In this document: piece by piece, positions 16,837 through 26,123 of the stretch
How the letters are laid out: the number at the start of each line of letters is the position of its first letter
Position numbering within the stretch: position 1 is the first letter of the stretch
DNA from: an uncultured Muribaculaceae bacterium
Lineage (GTDB): Bacteria; Bacillota_I; Bacilli_A; RF39; UBA660
Reading direction: 5' to 3'
Assembly: GCA_964542235.1 (NCBI GenBank)
Contig: CAZITT010000001.1
Span: forward strand, 1 to 46,775
Length of the DNA stretch: 46,775 nucleotides
The notes under the pieces: generated by a model
Seen by the model: the letters and a program-made list of their open reading frames with translations, nothing else
What the model was told of the DNA's origin: nothing
Databases searched by the model: none
Program-made: the position numbers and the translations under genes

Positions 16837-16837
16837 A

Positions 16838-16846
16838 TGCTATAAT
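16838..16846 (+). promoter_or_regulatory. extended -10 promoter element for the LCP gene
   Basis: TGcTATAAT at 16838-16846; RBS TAGGAGG at 16858-16864; ATG at 16873. Confidence 0.45.
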
Positions 16847-16872
16847 ATTTTTATCAATAGGAGGCTTTTATT

Positions 16873-18807
16873 ATGGAAAAAAAATTCAGAATTAAACCTA
16901 AAATTTTTATATTTTTATTTACAATTATTTGTATGATAAGTTTTATTTATTTGTCTTATAGTCTTTATTTATTAACAGGGATTGAAACAGTTATTAGGTA
17001 TGCTTGTATTACTATTTTAGGTATAATAAATATAATAATATATATCTTAGCATTAAGATCTTGTAAAAAAAGAAAAGTAATAAAACATATTATGTGGATT
17101 ATCATATTGTTAATATTTACTATTGGCCAAGGATACTTAGGTTACTTTATTCATAGTGCTTATTCATCAGTAAGCAACATGACAAAAAATTCATTAATAT
17201 ATGAAACTAGTGTCGTTGTAATGAAAGGTTCTTCAATTACCGATATCGATGATGTAAAAAATAAAAAGATAGGATATTTAAATGATCCAACATCAATTGA
17301 TAACAATATTCTAGCAGAAGCGATTATTGAAGAAAAAAACTTAGATAAAAATAATCAGGTATTAAAATATGATGAATTAAATACGTTAATAGCTGATTTA
17401 TATAATGATGATTTAGACTTAATATTAATAACTAGCAATTATGTTAATTTATTTGGTGATAGTGATGAAGATAGCAGTGGTAATACTAATCCCTATAAAA
17501 ATATTAAAGATGAAACTAAAATAATATATAACAAACAAAAAAAATACACTAAAGAAGAAATCGAAGATATTGAAGGCAATCCTTTAACCAATAGTACTAC
17601 TACCATCACAGATCCTTTTACTATTTTGGTTATGGGTATCGATTCAACTTCAAGTACTTTAAACAAAAATGCTATTGGTAATGGTGATGCTTTAATTATT
17701 ATAACATTTAATCCTAAAACTTTTAATGCAACAATTCTTTCTATTCCAAGAGATACCTATGTTCCAATAAGCTGTAATAGCAACAGAGAGAAAAAAATAA
17801 ACTCAGCAGCATATGGTGGAATAACTTGTATGATTAATACAATTCAAAACTTTTTAAATATAAAAATCAACCATTATGTTAAGATAAACTTTAAAGGGGT
17901 CGTTAAACTAGTTGAAGCATTAGGAGGAGTAGACATTAATGTTCCCTACTCTTTCTGTGAACAAAATAGCAGCAGACAATGGGGTAAAAATACTATTTAT
18001 GTAAATAAAGGGTTACAACATTTAAATGGTGAACAAGCTTTAGCCTTAGCTAGAAATAGAAAAACAAATACTCGTTGTAGTAAAGAATGGAACCAAGGAA
18101 CAAGAAATGACTATGTTAGAGGCCAAAATCAACAATTAGTAATACAAGCAATAATAAATAAAACTAAAACTATAAACAGTCCTGGTCAAATGTTAAACAT
18201 ATTAGATACTGTTAGTAAAAGTATTGATACAAGTTTTTCTACTGAACAAATACTATCATTTTATACAATTGCTAAAGATATTATAAAAACAAGTGCTGTT
18301 GAATCTAGTAATGTCATCACTTTACAAAGACTTTATTTATCTGGTAGAACTCAATGTATTTATGAAGAAAACATGAATAAAGATACATATCCTTGTCTAT
18401 CTAATGAAATACCAAATAAAAATAGTGTAAAAGCTATCCAAAATGCAATGAATGCCAACCTTGGTGGATCAAACTCATTAATTAAAACATTTGATTTTTC
18501 TGCTAATGAAACATATACTCCAACTATTATTGGGAAAAATGTTAGTGGTGTAACATTGTATACTTTACTTGGATCATTCTTAAATAAGACAAAAGCTCAA
18601 GCAGAAATTATGTGTAACAGCAAAAAAATAACTTGTAGTTTTAAATATGCTACTGTAACAGATGCAAATAAAGTTGGAAAAGTAATAGATCAAAGTTATA
18701 ATCAATATAAAAGAGTTGACCGAATTACTTCAGCTTCTCCTTTAACTTTAACAATTGGTCAAGAAAAAATAACAACAACGACAACAACTGTTTCAACTAC
18801 CGAATAA
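16873..18807 (+). CDS. LytR-CpsA-Psr (LCP) family glycopolymer-to-peptidoglycan phosphotransferase, multi-TM N-terminus plus accessory domains
   Basis: LCP core motifs ILVMGIDS, GDALIIITFNP, LSIPRDTYV, INSAAYGG and ALALARNRK. About 4 N-terminal TM segments and an extra ~130 aa extracellular domain precede the core. The C-terminal tail is Thr-rich. Confidence 0.9.
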   Translation: MEKKFRIKPKIFIFLFTIICMISFIYLSYSLYLLTGIETVIRYACITILGIINIIIYILALRSCKKRKVIKHIMWIIILLIFTIGQGYLGYFIHSAYSSVSNMTKNSLIYETSVVVMKGSSITDIDDVKNKKIGYLNDPTSIDNNILAEAIIEEKNLDKNNQVLKYDELNTLIADLYNDDLDLILITSNYVNLFGDSDEDSSGNTNPYKNIKDETKIIYNKQKKYTKEEIEDIEGNPLTNSTTTITDPFTILVMGIDSTSSTLNKNAIGNGDALIIITFNPKTFNATILSIPRDTYVPISCNSNREKKINSAAYGGITCMINTIQNFLNIKINHYVKINFKGVVKLVEALGGVDINVPYSFCEQNSSRQWGKNTIYVNKGLQHLNGEQALALARNRKTNTRCSKEWNQGTRNDYVRGQNQQLVIQAIINKTKTINSPGQMLNILDTVSKSIDTSFSTEQILSFYTIAKDIIKTSAVESSNVITLQRLYLSGRTQCIYEENMNKDTYPCLSNEIPNKNSVKAIQNAMNANLGGSNSLIKTFDFSANETYTPTIIGKNVSGVTLYTLLGSFLNKTKAQAEIMCNSKKITCSFKYATVTDANKVGKVIDQSYNQYKRVDRITSASPLTLTIGQEKITTTTTTVSTTE

Positions 18808-18828
18808 AAAAACTTCGGTAGTTTTTTT
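18797..18828. terminator. bidirectional rho-independent terminator
   Basis: ctaccgaa (18797-18804) pairs with ttcggtag (18814-18821); the loop taaaaaaac is followed by TTTTTTT. It overlaps the stops of both convergent genes. Confidence 0.75.
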
Positions 18829-19540
18829 AAGCATTTTTAACTGCTACTACACAAAGTTTTTTTATAGTTTTTTTCTCATATTTAATTTCTTCTTCTTGTT
18901 GATTAAATGGCCACCAAATAAACTTTTTAGCTTCTTTTTCTATTGGTACTTCAACTTCTTGTTCGTCATGAATTAAAGTTATGTTAACTCTAGTTGGATA
19001 GCCCATATCTTCTTTATAATCAATATCTATTGTAATTATATAAGCATTACTATCTGTTTCATTATTATATTTATATGATGAATTCTTAATTTCTCCAACT
19101 GTTATATCCTCTACTTCCGGTAATTCTTGAGTACGTTCATTATATAAGTTTTGCTCAATATATTTATACATTGTATCTGATGCTTTTAAAATAAAATTAG
19201 CTCTTTCTTCTTCGTAAACAAAATTAACACCACCAATATCATTTTTGCTCCGTTTATCTTTTAAATTATAAAAATCAAAGACAAACATTTGCGCTACTAA
19301 CTTAGCATACTCTTCTTCATCTATCGTATCACTATCAAGTACATCTGCCAGATTATGAAATAATGACTCATATTTTGATGGACTATCAGCATCTAATTTA
19401 TAATTATATCCTTTGATTTCTTCTATTACATCATTTTTTTCTTTACTATTAATATAGATATTGTAACCAATTATTAGACCTAATGCTAAAACAATAATTA
19501 ATAAAAACAGTAGTAAAACTTTTAAAATTTTCTTTTTCAT
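18827..19540 (-). CDS. membrane-anchored extracytoplasmic protein, function unknown (last gene of the ltaS operon)
   Basis: 237 aa with an N-terminal signal anchor (KVLLLFLLIIVLALGLIIG) and an acidic soluble domain. RBS AGGTGAG. It starts 10 nt after the ltaS stop. Confidence 0.5.
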   Translation of the reverse strand: MKKKILKVLLLFLLIIVLALGLIIGYNIYINSKEKNDVIEEIKGYNYKLDADSPSKYESLFHNLADVLDSDTIDEEEYAKLVAQMFVFDFYNLKDKRSKNDIGGVNFVYEEERANFILKASDTMYKYIEQNLYNERTQELPEVEDITVGEIKNSSYKYNNETDSNAYIITIDIDYKEDMGYPTRVNITLIHDEQEVEVPIEKEAKKFIWWPFNQQEEEIKYEKKTIKKLCVVAVKNA

Positions 19541-19550
19541 ATTATCTCAC

Positions 19551-21518
19551 CTATTCCTTTAAATTTTCTTTTTTTATTAGATCATATACAACAATATTAT
19601 TTGATACTTTGAGCAAATTTTGAGCATAATCTCTATAATTACTTATATAATTTTCATCTAATGCTTTATCTATTAATAATTTATATTCGCCTTTACCTTC
19701 ATTATAATATACTTTATCTGTAACAAAGTTTCCATTTGGGAATACAACAATATTATTTTTTACACTAAATATGTCGTTGCCTAAAGCATAATCATTTTTA
19801 AATCCCATAATATTTCCTAATGTAGGCATAACATCATACATACCCATTACTTTTGTTATTTCTTTCTTTTCTTCACCATTTTTAGTCCAAATAATGAAAG
19901 GAACTTTTCTATTTAATTCATACCAATAATAATCAAGATCTACATAATTTGGATCATCACTATTTAAAATATTATTAGTATTTGGATCATAGTTATACAT
20001 ATAATTATACTCATTTTTAGATAATCTTGCATCATGATCGCCATATATTATAACTACTGTATTTTCAAGTAATCCCTCTTTATCTAATAAATATAAAAAT
20101 AAACCAATTTGCATATCTGCATAATGAACAGATTTAATATAATTACCTAATTTTGTACCTTCTAAATAAGGATAAACCTCGCCGTTCTTAGTTAATGTTA
20201 CATCAAAATCGCCATATTTATCAACATCGCCAAATGGAGTATGATTACTTAATGTAATTGATGTTATAAAAAATGGATTTCCTTCTTCACTTATTTGTTT
20301 AATGATTGGGACTGATTGAGTAAAGAAAGATTTATCAGATAAACCAAAACCAATCACATCATCTATTGTAAATGATGATTTATCATACATTTTGTTATAT
20401 CCTAAATTTTTATGCATATTTTTTCTATTCCAAAATGAACCATTATTAGCATGCATACTATAAGATTTATAGCCTTGAAGGCTTAATAATTTAGGAATAG
20501 ATATATACTCTTTATCATAATGATTAATAAATACTGTGCCACTGTTAACTGGCATTAATGAAGTTAAAAAAGTAAATTCAGTATCACTACTTGTCCCTAC
20601 ACTTACTTGAGAATAAAAATTACTAAAATATAATCCTTCTTTTGTTAATTTATTTAATGTTGGCGTTACTGCATTACCATTAAATTTTTTATTGATTACA
20701 AAACCTTGAAGACTCTCAGCATGAATGACAATAACATTTTTGCCTTTATAAATATTTGTATATTTATTTTTTTTGCTATTATCTTCTTTATTGGCAAAAT
20801 AATTTTTAAAATTTAAATAAGCTTGATCAGAGCCAAACATTTCTGATAATTTTGGTTCGATGCTTTTAATAATATCGTTTAATTGATAACAATAAACTCC
20901 AAATCTACTAACTAAATATTCCCTATTCCATTGCGAATAAAATCGTGAATAATCGATTGGTTTTAATAGAGATAAAAATAAAAAGAAAATTATACTGCCC
21001 CAAGAAAAAGCTAATTTAATAGATTCTTTATCATGTCCTGATTTAATTAAATGTTTATTTTTTCGTAGATATAAGTTTAAGCCAAACATAAAAAAGGGAT
21101 AAATAAGCAGTATTAGATATTTAAAGCTTAAAATATTTTGAGCAGTATTAACTCCCCCTGTATCATAATTAGTCATAATAAATGATATAAAGGTTATTGA
21201 TACAAATGAATCATAAAAACCAAAATATAAAGCATTAGCCAATGAAAAAAAACTAGAGATAACAGTTAATATCAATAAATAAGTATTTCTTCTTGATTCT
21301 TTAATAAATAAAGAAAGCCCTCCAATTAATAAACTAACACTAAAATCGGCTAGGATGGGTGTAATTCCAAAATAATTTTGAATTGTTAAAGCTCTTACTA
21401 AAAATCCATTAAATGTTGCTCCAATAACATAGCATGATAAAAAAATGTTATTTTTAAAAATATTCTTTGATCTAATGAAAAAATTTTTAATTTTTTGTTT
21501 CACTTTTACCACTTCCAT
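19551..21518 (-). CDS. ltaS: lipoteichoic acid synthase family protein (LtaS-type sulfatase-fold phosphoglycerol transferase)
   Basis: Five N-terminal TM segments followed by an extracellular sulfatase-like domain (NVIVIHAESLQGF, VGTSSDTEFTFLTS, GDHDARL). Confidence 0.9.
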   Translation of the reverse strand: MEVVKVKQKIKNFFIRSKNIFKNNIFLSCYVIGATFNGFLVRALTIQNYFGITPILADFSVSLLIGGLSLFIKESRRNTYLLILTVISSFFSLANALYFGFYDSFVSITFISFIMTNYDTGGVNTAQNILSFKYLILLIYPFFMFGLNLYLRKNKHLIKSGHDKESIKLAFSWGSIIFFLFLSLLKPIDYSRFYSQWNREYLVSRFGVYCYQLNDIIKSIEPKLSEMFGSDQAYLNFKNYFANKEDNSKKNKYTNIYKGKNVIVIHAESLQGFVINKKFNGNAVTPTLNKLTKEGLYFSNFYSQVSVGTSSDTEFTFLTSLMPVNSGTVFINHYDKEYISIPKLLSLQGYKSYSMHANNGSFWNRKNMHKNLGYNKMYDKSSFTIDDVIGFGLSDKSFFTQSVPIIKQISEEGNPFFITSITLSNHTPFGDVDKYGDFDVTLTKNGEVYPYLEGTKLGNYIKSVHYADMQIGLFLYLLDKEGLLENTVVIIYGDHDARLSKNEYNYMYNYDPNTNNILNSDDPNYVDLDYYWYELNRKVPFIIWTKNGEEKKEITKVMGMYDVMPTLGNIMGFKNDYALGNDIFSVKNNIVVFPNGNFVTDKVYYNEGKGEYKLLIDKALDENYISNYRDYAQNLLKVSNNIVVYDLIKKENLKE

Positions 21519-21524
21519 ATTGTT

Positions 21525-22352
21525 TTAATTTTCCTTTTCTTTTTCTTTATTTTGATAATAATCAATATTCATTGTCATTCCAATAACAAATATATAAGAT
21601 AGGACATAAATCCATACAAATAATACTAAAATACTAGCAAAACTTCCATATACAATACTATAATCTGCTAACTTTGTTATATAGATAGAATATATCTTAG
21701 TAGCGATAATCCAGCCAAATGTTGTAAATATCGCTCCATAAGTAGTTTCTTTACTTTTAATGTCAATGTCTGGTGCTAATGTATATATAATTTTAATATT
21801 TAGATAAATAAAGATTAACGAAACTGGAAGTTTAAATATTTGGTATATTGACATAATCAACAAAGAGGTAGCATCACTTTTAATTAATTTAATGACAAAT
21901 TTTACTATAACATCTCCAAATACTGGTATAAATATCAAAAACATTAAAATAATTATTAAGAATATTGTCATAAGAAGTGATTTTATTTTAACCTTAAACA
22001 TTTGTTGATCTTTTATGCCATATAACATATCAGCGGTATTTATAATAGAAGCTAAACCACTAGAGGAAAGATAAAAACCTATTACAAATAACCAAAGATA
22101 ATTATTGCTAACGCCATTTCCTTCTAAAATTGGAATTAAAATATCCGCAATGAAATTAGGAAATATTGTATAAACAATGTTAGACAAATCATAAGCTTTA
22201 CTTATTTTAGAAACTATAAAAGTAAATATCAATAAAAGAGGAACAAGTGACATTAAAAATGAAAATGCCAATTGCCCAGGAAGTATCCTTGTTTCTCCTC
22301 TTTTAAAGGCTTTTTTAAAATTATTGTATAATCTTTTAACTCTTTTTATCAT
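21525..22352 (-). CDS. YihY/BrkB (formerly 'ribonuclease BN-like') family membrane protein
   Basis: N-terminal LPGQLAFSFLMSLVPLLLI motif and six predicted TM segments typical of YihY. Confidence 0.8.
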   Translation of the reverse strand: MIKRVKRLYNNFKKAFKRGETRILPGQLAFSFLMSLVPLLLIFTFIVSKISKAYDLSNIVYTIFPNFIADILIPILEGNGVSNNYLWLFVIGFYLSSSGLASIINTADMLYGIKDQQMFKVKIKSLLMTIFLIIILMFLIFIPVFGDVIVKFVIKLIKSDATSLLIMSIYQIFKLPVSLIFIYLNIKIIYTLAPDIDIKSKETTYGAIFTTFGWIIATKIYSIYITKLADYSIVYGSFASILVLFVWIYVLSYIFVIGMTMNIDYYQNKEKEKEN

Positions 22353-22357
22353 AAATA

Positions 22358-24415
22358 CTAGTCCTTGTTTTTAATATTATTATATAATTGCTCCTTGTTT
22401 TTTCTCATTTCAATAGTAGCTTCATTAATTGCATCATCTATTGTTTTTATTTCATCAAATATCGTTGAATAACCAATAGCTGCTCCAAATCCATATGGTA
22501 GTTTTTCTAATTCTTTTTGTAATTTATTAACATAAGTTTCGATTTGTTTATCGCTATAGCCTAGTAAATATATTAAAAATTCATTGCCATCGGTTCTAAT
22601 AATCTCACTTTTTTCTAATTGAGTATTTATCAAAATTGATGCTGCTTTCGCAATTAGATCATTACCACTATCATATCCATAATTATCATTTACATATTTT
22701 AATTTATTTAAATCTATTATGACAATTGTTCGAGGAAAGATATTCATTTCTCCCCATTTTTTCATATTAGCAATTAAATAATTCCTATTTTTTAAGGAAG
22801 TTAATACATCATTATATTTTAAAATATCTTCTTTTTTTACCAATTTTCTTTCTTTTATTTTATTACTTAATTTTATAAATAAAAATATTACAATAATTGG
22901 TACGATAATTAATATAATAATGAATTTAAATATATATTTAAAAATATTTGAATTATCTAATGCATTATATAAATTATTAAGACTTATATTTCTACAATTA
23001 TTACTATTGCTATAATCAATAATAAAATCTAAGACATTATATAATAATTCATTGTTTTTAGAAACCATAAAGTTATATTCTTTTCTAATGTTATCAGTGA
23101 ATAATAACTTATAATCGACTAATAAATCAGAGGCATAATATAAATATTGATCTTTATCAATTACTAAGACATTACTTTTCAAATTGTCTTTTAATTTATT
23201 TAATACTTTAGGCTTAGAATACATATCTGATAATACTTCATATATATAAGTTTTTTGATAAGTATAAATATTATAATTATTTAATGATTTTAAAGATGTT
23301 GCATTAATATAATTATTTGATAATCCAACTACTTGTTCAATAAAATGATTACTTGTTTTTAAATATTTATCACTATTATAGTTAAAGTTAACAAATGCTA
23401 TATCAATACCTCGATTATCTAAAGCTTCAATTAAAGCTTCAGTATTATTATATTTTACATATTTAAACTCTATATTATCCATAGTTGATAACATATTAAT
23501 ATATTCGCCTGCTAGACCATAAAGTTTTTCATTAACCAAAATATTATATGGAATATTTTCTACATAACCATAGCTATAAGTTCTAACACTTAGATTTTTT
23601 TGCTCTTTATCTAAAATTTCTTTAGCAATCACATAATAATTAAATAATCCTTTATTATAAGAATCGTATAGCTTATTTTCTTTTTGCCATTTATGAAAAT
23701 ATTTGGTTATTATGTTATTTAACTTATTATTATTCCCTAATCTAATAACAATAGAATTATAAATATCATTAATTTGATAATTAATATATTTATCTTTTAA
23801 ATTTAAAATTTTATCCAAATAAAGATTATTAAGAACAATCATATTATCAACATTTTTGCTATTATAATCACTAATAAGATAATCTATTGTTTTATATGTT
23901 TTAATACTTATTTTACTATTTTCTTTTAAATAGTAATTTATTAAAGCGCTGTCGTTTTCTAATATACCAACACTACCAGTTAATTCATTAATATTATTTA
24001 TTTTATTATCAGTACGACCAATTAATAAATAATTAATATTGGCTATTTCTAAATCACTACTTTTTTTATCATCCATGCTATTGATTAACATTATTTTAAT
24101 GTTATTATCTTTAGAGTTATCAGGATATAAATATGAAATTAAATTAAATTTTAATTCTGTATTAGTTTCAAAGTCTTTTAAAAAATCAAATACTACTCCT
24201 GCTCCATCTTTAGCAAATATATCAATATTATTAACTACATCAATATCAATTAAGTTGGATTTATTATTTTCAATCCACTGTTTTTCCAATATTGATAAAG
24301 ATGTATCTTCATCTTCAGAATTGAGATATAAAAAGACTAATGACCCTAAAAACAAAACTATTATTGTTGAAATAATAATTCCAATTCTATTTTTTTTATT
24401 ATTCTTTTTTGTCAT
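22358..24415 (-). CDS. membrane sensor with a large extracytoplasmic (two solute-binding-protein-like halves) domain and a degenerate GGDEF domain
   Basis: Layout is TM, ~470 aa extracellular region, TM, GGDEF fold. The GGDEF fold shows DVLTSLKNRNYL, IDLNKLKYVNDNYGYDSGN and a signature reading RTDGNEF (22577-22597) instead of RxGG(D/E)EF. Confidence 0.75.
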   Translation of the reverse strand: MTKKNNKKNRIGIIISTIIVLFLGSLVFLYLNSEDEDTSLSILEKQWIENNKSNLIDIDVVNNIDIFAKDGAGVVFDFLKDFETNTELKFNLISYLYPDNSKDNNIKIMLINSMDDKKSSDLEIANINYLLIGRTDNKINNINELTGSVGILENDSALINYYLKENSKISIKTYKTIDYLISDYNSKNVDNMIVLNNLYLDKILNLKDKYINYQINDIYNSIVIRLGNNNKLNNIITKYFHKWQKENKLYDSYNKGLFNYYVIAKEILDKEQKNLSVRTYSYGYVENIPYNILVNEKLYGLAGEYINMLSTMDNIEFKYVKYNNTEALIEALDNRGIDIAFVNFNYNSDKYLKTSNHFIEQVVGLSNNYINATSLKSLNNYNIYTYQKTYIYEVLSDMYSKPKVLNKLKDNLKSNVLVIDKDQYLYYASDLLVDYKLLFTDNIRKEYNFMVSKNNELLYNVLDFIIDYSNSNNCRNISLNNLYNALDNSNIFKYIFKFIIILIIVPIIVIFLFIKLSNKIKERKLVKKEDILKYNDVLTSLKNRNYLIANMKKWGEMNIFPRTIVIIDLNKLKYVNDNYGYDSGNDLIAKAASILINTQLEKSEIIRTDGNEFLIYLLGYSDKQIETYVNKLQKELEKLPYGFGAAIGYSTIFDEIKTIDDAINEATIEMRKNKEQLYNNIKNKD

Positions 24416-24423
24416 ATTTACCT

Positions 24424-24888
24424 CTATTCTTTATTAAAGGAAAAAGAAGTTTCTTTAACTTTTCGATAACCTATTAAAGGATATCCACTAACATCATCTT
24501 TTTCATTCTTAATAAAAATTTGAAAATCATAGAAATTAACTTCATCTTCACTAAAATTTGCATATATTTGATCGGCTATTTTTTTGGCATCTCCTACTTT
24601 GGTATTTTCTACTACTATTACTATATAATTAACAATTTTACCAGAGATATCACCTGTTATTTTACTGATAGAGCTATTATCTTTTAATAGCTTGTTAGAT
24701 ACATCTTTTAGTTTTTCACTAGTAATTGGAACCTCTTTAATACCATCCAGCCTATTTCCATATATTGGTAATCCAAAATTTGGAAATAACCATCTAAAAA
24801 CTATAAATCCCAAAATAAATAGTCCTGTACAGATGATAAGACATAGTATTGTAAATTTATTTCTTCTAATTATCTTCATAGCACTCAT
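24424..24888 (-). CDS. membrane-anchored protein, function unknown
   Basis: Single TM (FTILCLIICTGLFILGFIVF) followed by a ~110 aa soluble domain. I prefer the ATG at 24888 (GGGAG RBS). The GTG at 24903 would lie at or upstream of the predicted transcription start. Confidence 0.5.
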   Translation of the reverse strand: MSAMKIIRRNKFTILCLIICTGLFILGFIVFRWLFPNFGLPIYGNRLDGIKEVPITSEKLKDVSNKLLKDNSSISKITGDISGKIVNYIVIVVENTKVGDAKKIADQIYANFSEDEVNFYDFQIFIKNEKDDVSGYPLIGYRKVKETSFSFNKE

Positions 24889-24914
24889 ATTTTCATCTCC
24901 CACTACTAAACATT

Positions 24915-24943
24915 ATTATATATTATATTAACAAAATAATCAA
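24915..24943 (-). promoter_or_regulatory. sigma-A promoter inside the 66 nt gap, upstream of the GGDEF-yihY-ltaS genes
   Basis: On the minus strand: TTGATT (24943-24938), 17 nt spacer, TATAAT (24920-24915). Confidence 0.5.
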
Positions 24944-24969
24944 TCGAAAAGAGGAACATAAATAAACCT

Positions 24970-26031
24970 TTATTCCCCCACTTTTTTACAATTTTCTAAT
25001 AATTTTAAATCATTTATTGTTTTGCTAGAAATCATCTTAGGTAATGAATAAGAACCATTATTATATGCTATTTCATATGAAGCGATTACAATAAAATCAG
25101 TTGTTATTTGATGATCATTCATAAGTTCACTATCACAATAGGAAATACTATTATTCTTACCTATTAGTATTTCATTACCAGACATTTCTCTACTAGCATT
25201 AACAATAATTTTTTTATTTTTTACTTCAAAATTATTAGTATTAAGATACATTCCTAAATAATTATTATCAATGTTGTTATCATATTTAAATATTTGTTTT
25301 CCTACTATATCATAACCTTTTAAAACATATCCTTCGCTATTACATCCATATTGATATAAAATAACAAAAATATCATTTATAACTTCTAGTTTTATTGGCC
25401 CACCACATAAAAAATCTTCATTAACTATTAAATTACTATCAATTTTTATTTTTTGTTTGCCAAATTTGCCGTTTCCTGCTTTTTCTCTAACAAATTCTAG
25501 CAGTTTTTCCTCTTTATTAATTTTAATATTATAAGTACAATTATAAGCATTACACGTGTCTTTAAAATTAATACTGGTAACTACTTTATTATTCATTTTT
25601 TGAGAACTAACCATAGCTACTTGTTTTTTTAGATATTGATTTTTCAATAATACATTTGTTTTATCGATAAATATATCCCAGTCAATTGGATATTCATCTT
25701 TGCCAATTAAATAATTATTTAAATTGCTATCTTTATATTTTATAGTCCATAAATAATCAACATCATCTTTTATTTTATTATCTTTGATGGCATCCCAATA
25801 TTGATTAAAATATTTAATATAACTATCCATAAGATTACTTGTTAATTTTATTTCAGTGCCATTAGCATATGCTAATAGTTTTTTGGGTTCAATTGTAACG
25901 GTTGTATCATTAGCTTTAATTTCCAAAAGTAAGAATCTTTCATCTACTACTTCCTCTTCTTTTATAACATACAAATAAATACCTAATCCTAAGATACTAA
26001 TACCTAATAATGCAATCAATTTTTTTAACAT
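24970..26031 (-). CDS. membrane-anchored extracytoplasmic protein, function unknown
   Basis: 353 aa with an N-terminal signal anchor (LIALLGISILGLGIYLYVI). RBS AAGAGGT. Several Cys pairs; no motif recognised. Confidence 0.5.
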   Translation of the reverse strand: MLKKLIALLGISILGLGIYLYVIKEEEVVDERFLLLEIKANDTTVTIEPKKLLAYANGTEIKLTSNLMDSYIKYFNQYWDAIKDNKIKDDVDYLWTIKYKDSNLNNYLIGKDEYPIDWDIFIDKTNVLLKNQYLKKQVAMVSSQKMNNKVVTSINFKDTCNAYNCTYNIKINKEEKLLEFVREKAGNGKFGKQKIKIDSNLIVNEDFLCGGPIKLEVINDIFVILYQYGCNSEGYVLKGYDIVGKQIFKYDNNIDNNYLGMYLNTNNFEVKNKKIIVNASREMSGNEILIGKNNSISYCDSELMNDHQITTDFIVIASYEIAYNNGSYSLPKMISSKTINDLKLLENCKKVGE

Positions 26032-26097
26032 GAAAATACCTCTTTCATTAAATATTAAATATATTTTAACACATTAATTAAAATAATAACAAATTTA

Positions 26098-26106
26098 TGT
26101 TAAAAT
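26098..26106 (+). promoter_or_regulatory. extended -10 promoter element for tmcAL
   Basis: TGtTAAAAT at 26098-26106. This overlaps the ORF-track ATG at 26097, which argues for the downstream start at 26124. Confidence 0.4.
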
Positions 26107-26123
26107 ATTGTTTGGTGATAGAT

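Noticed and set aside
24039-24437. 132 aa plus-strand ORF, and the other short track ORFs nested in or antisense to longer genes
   Set aside because: All of them lie inside or antisense to longer ORFs with clear family motifs. They have hydrophobic low-complexity translations and no SD sequences. They are treated as frame noise in AT-rich DNA. The others are 96-278, 265-459, 7309-7494, 8871-9086, 11011-11208, 11656-11850, 11762-11950, 14166-14405, 15097-15300, 15800-15994, 24692-24931, 35518-35709, 37462-37647, 41856-42056, 44683-44898, 46393-46611 and 46493-46696.
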